Below are positions 34,955 through 36,789 of a stretch of 36,789 nucleotides of DNA, piece by piece. The stretch is from Gammaproteobacteria bacterium. GTDB lineage: Bacteria > Pseudomonadota > Gammaproteobacteria > SG8-11. The first letter of the stretch is position 1. The number at the start of each line of letters is the position of its first letter. Below the pieces are notes generated by a model that had not been told where the DNA came from, did no database searches, and saw only the letters and a list, made by a program, of their open reading frames with translations. The stretch covers positions 1-36,789 of the forward strand of contig JANOOV010000417.1 of assembly GCA_031421535.1 (NCBI GenBank), read 5' to 3'. A program made the translations under genes and the position numbers.

Positions 34955-35180
34955 GAGACGTTACGGCGACGTTCCGATGTCGGTAACGAATGGTTACGGT
35001 TGTTCTTACAAAGTAATTGAAACTGATTACAAACAGCGCGACCGGATTGGCGATTCTGCTAAAGGATCAGAAACGCGTGAGACAAAAAAGTTCGGTTGGC
35101 GTTAGGCACGAACTTTAATTGAAGCAAGCAGACGTTGGGATATTTTTGTCAATCATTTGACTGATGTAGTGGGAAGAAAA

Positions 35181-35543
35181 CTATTTTCTAAATGACAGGA
35201 CTTGTGCGTTATGCGGCGGCTTGGCCTTCAATGCGTGCGTTTGGGAAGTGGTTAACAACTGGATGGATGCCGCCAGCCCACCCGGCCCAACCAGCGCGTC
35301 CCACATCATTGACGAGAGTCGGATACAGGCACCCATCGCGGTATGTGCGCGCCGCCGTTCCATATCGATGCGAAACTGCAAGCCACGCATGCGACGCTGT
35401 TTGGAAAGCGGCAGCGTGCTGAGGTAGTTTTCAATCACGGCTTGGCGACGTTGTTCAAAGCCTTCTGGATCACGGGCTGCAAGCTCCAGCCATTCGTCAA
35501 AATTAAAGGGCTCCGCGTGCCCGGTGTTGTGTGTCGAAATCAT
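35181..35543 (-). CDS. DUF3135-like small protein
   Basis: FNFDEWLELAARDPEGFEQRRQAVIENYL...RMRGLQFRIDMERR matches my recollection of the DUF3135 family. Confidence 0.65.
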   Translation of the reverse strand: MISTHNTGHAEPFNFDEWLELAARDPEGFEQRRQAVIENYLSTLPLSKQRRMRGLQFRIDMERRRAHTAMGACIRLSSMMWDALVGPGGLAASIQLLTTSQTHALKAKPPHNAQVLSFRK

Positions 35544-35733
35544 ACGGCCACCTCTGTATAACTAAACCATCTGACCCCACGATATCATGGCGCGAATAGG
35601 TTACGAACTAACGAAATACACTCATAACACCCTGAAATGTAAAACTTAGAGGTGGGAAGTCACGCAGCCTGTTCAAAGAACGGCGAACCCCGTCACATTG
35701 TGACTGCGACGAAATCTCGCAGCGCAGGCAATG

Positions 35734-36594
35734 CTAGCCGACGTGGTGCAAGTTTTCGCTGGAATAAAGTGTGTTCTTCAATAATGCCGCGACGGTCATC
35801 GGACCGACTCCCCCGGGTACGGGCGTGATCCACGCCGCGCGTTCTTTTGCCTTGTCAAACTCTACATCACCCATCAAGCGACCATCGGCAAGGCGAGTAA
35901 TACCCACGTCGATGACCACGGCGCCGGGTTTGATCCATTCACCTTTGACTAAACCGGGCTTGCCGACAGCGGCAACCAAAATGTCAGCACGTTGCACGTG
36001 CAGTTGGAGATCGCGGGTAAAGCGATGGCACACGGTGACGGTACAGCCGCCGAGTAATAATTCCAGGGACATGGGTCGGCCGACGATATTTGATGCGCCG
36101 ATGATCACCGCCTCCGCACCTTTGATAGTGCACTGGGTGTGCTCAAGTAAAGTCATGACGCCATGCGGCGTGCAGGGGCGCAACAGCGGGTTACGTAACG
36201 CGAGACGGCCGACGTTGTAGGCGTGAAAGCCGTCGACGTCTTTGTCGGGATGGATGTGGTCGATGATGGCTTCGGGTGAAATTTGCGCGGGCAGCGGCAG
36301 CTGCACCAAAATGCCGTCGACATCCGCCCGATCATTGAGCTCGCTAATCAATGCGAGCAATTCTTTTTCGCTGGTGGTGTCCGGTAAGTCATAAGAGAAG
36401 GAGCAGATGCCGACTTCTTCGCAGGCCCGGCGTTTACTGCGTACATACACTTGCGATGACGGGTCGGCGCCGACCAGCACCACCGCCAGGCCCGGATCGC
36501 GTAAACCGCGTGCGCGGCGCTGGTCGATTTGTTGTTTAATGCGGCGGCGGATGTTTTCAGCAATGCTTTTGCCGTCGATGATGCGTGCGCTCAT
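35734..36594 (-). CDS. folD: bifunctional methylenetetrahydrofolate dehydrogenase / methenyl-THF cyclohydrolase
   Basis: [19 protein letters not shown]...[30 protein letters not shown]...VQLPLP...[12 protein letters not shown]...[10 protein letters not shown]. The track ORF was trimmed to ATG 36594. Confidence 0.95.
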   Translation of the reverse strand: MSARIIDGKSIAENIRRRIKQQIDQRRARGLRDPGLAVVLVGADPSSQVYVRSKRRACEEVGICSFSYDLPDTTSEKELLALISELNDRADVDGILVQLPLPAQISPEAIIDHIHPDKDVDGFHAYNVGRLALRNPLLRPCTPHGVMTLLEHTQCTIKGAEAVIIGASNIVGRPMSLELLLGGCTVTVCHRFTRDLQLHVQRADILVAAVGKPGLVKGEWIKPGAVVIDVGITRLADGRLMGDVEFDKAKERAAWITPVPGGVGPMTVAALLKNTLYSSENLHHVG

Positions 36595-36692
36595 GCGTGC
36601 GAGGCCTAAAATTGAAAGGGCCACAATGATCGCATGCCGGGCGCGGTTCGCAAATTACTCGCAGCCGCATAGCTTCTGCGCAAGTGTGCCGC

Positions 36693-36698
36693 TATAAT
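36693..36698 (+). promoter_or_regulatory. candidate -10 box (TATAAT) for tRNA-Pro
   Basis: A perfect TATAAT ends 10 nt upstream of the mature tRNA 5' end. The -35 is not clear. Confidence 0.4.
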
Positions 36699-36708
36699 CT
36701 CGCCGCAT

Positions 36709-36785
36709 CGGGGTATAGCGCAGCCTGGTAGCGCACTTGCTTTGGGAGCAAGGTGTCGAGAGTTCGAATCCCTCTACCCCGACCA
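36709..36785 (+). tRNA. tRNA-Pro (anticodon UGG), CCA encoded
   Basis: Manual fold: acceptor CGGGGTA/TACCCCG, D arm GCGC-AGCCTGGTA-GCGC, anticodon arm CTTGC-TTTGGGA-GCAAG (anticodon TGG), T arm GAGAG-TTCGAAT-CCCTC (one A-C mismatch), then ACCA. Confidence 0.93.
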
Positions 36786-36789
36786 ATTT

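Noticed and set aside
34959-34997. GTTAC/GTAAC repeats upstream of the sigma54 promoter as an enhancer-binding-protein UAS
   Set aside because: The arms are only 5-6 bp and lie unusually close to the -24 element for a bEBP site. They do not match the NtrC TGCACC-N5-GGTGCA consensus. I kept this only as a remark under the promoter finding.
35692-35722. Palindrome GTCACA-T-TGTGAC and hairpin CTGCGA-N7-TCGCAG just downstream of folD
   Set aside because: They could be a terminator or operator, but there is no U-run and I recognise no matching motif. The evidence is insufficient.
36709-36785. tRNA-Pro as an integration hotspot for a genomic island
   Set aside because: The window ends 4 nt after the tRNA. 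No integrase or direct repeat of the tRNA 3' end is visible, so this cannot be evaluated here.

Overview
GC-rich proteobacterial chromosomal segment, mostly core metabolism and signalling genes in tightly coupled operons, many with ATGA-type start/stop overlaps. Left to right: rocD (truncated) and arginase; a class-I glutamine amidotransferase; a retropepsin-like protease; rpsP-rimM-trmD-rplS; ogt; xerD; a thioredoxin-like/TolC/short-HlyD operon with no pump gene; bioH-bioC-bioD; urtC-urtD-[ridA-brnT-brnA-GNAT]-urtE; a CHASE2 class-III nucleotide cyclase; a seven-gene Wsp-type chemosensory operon ending in a REC-GGDEF regulator; a visibly AT-richer islet with an orphan 93-aa ORF and a small beta-barrel OMP; prkA-yeaH-ycgB behind a sigma54-type promoter; DUF3135; folD; tRNA-Pro(UGG). 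The most interesting signals lie outside the ORFs. (1) Three copies of a 236-274 bp MITE-like element have perfect terminal inverted repeats and 5-bp target-site duplications. They sit exactly on gene junctions, and their internal stems co-vary between copies. (2) A 78-nt element of three GC-rich tetraloop hairpins closed by a helix lies between the divergent cyclase and Wsp receptor genes. (3) The Wsp receptor has a periplasmic CXXCH (heme c) sensor domain. (4) The urea ABC transporter operon is split by four translationally coupled foreign genes, including a BrnT/BrnA module, and lacks urtA/urtB. I saw no CRISPR array, prophage or recognisable defence island. All functional calls rest on my reading of the translations and motifs, not on database searches.
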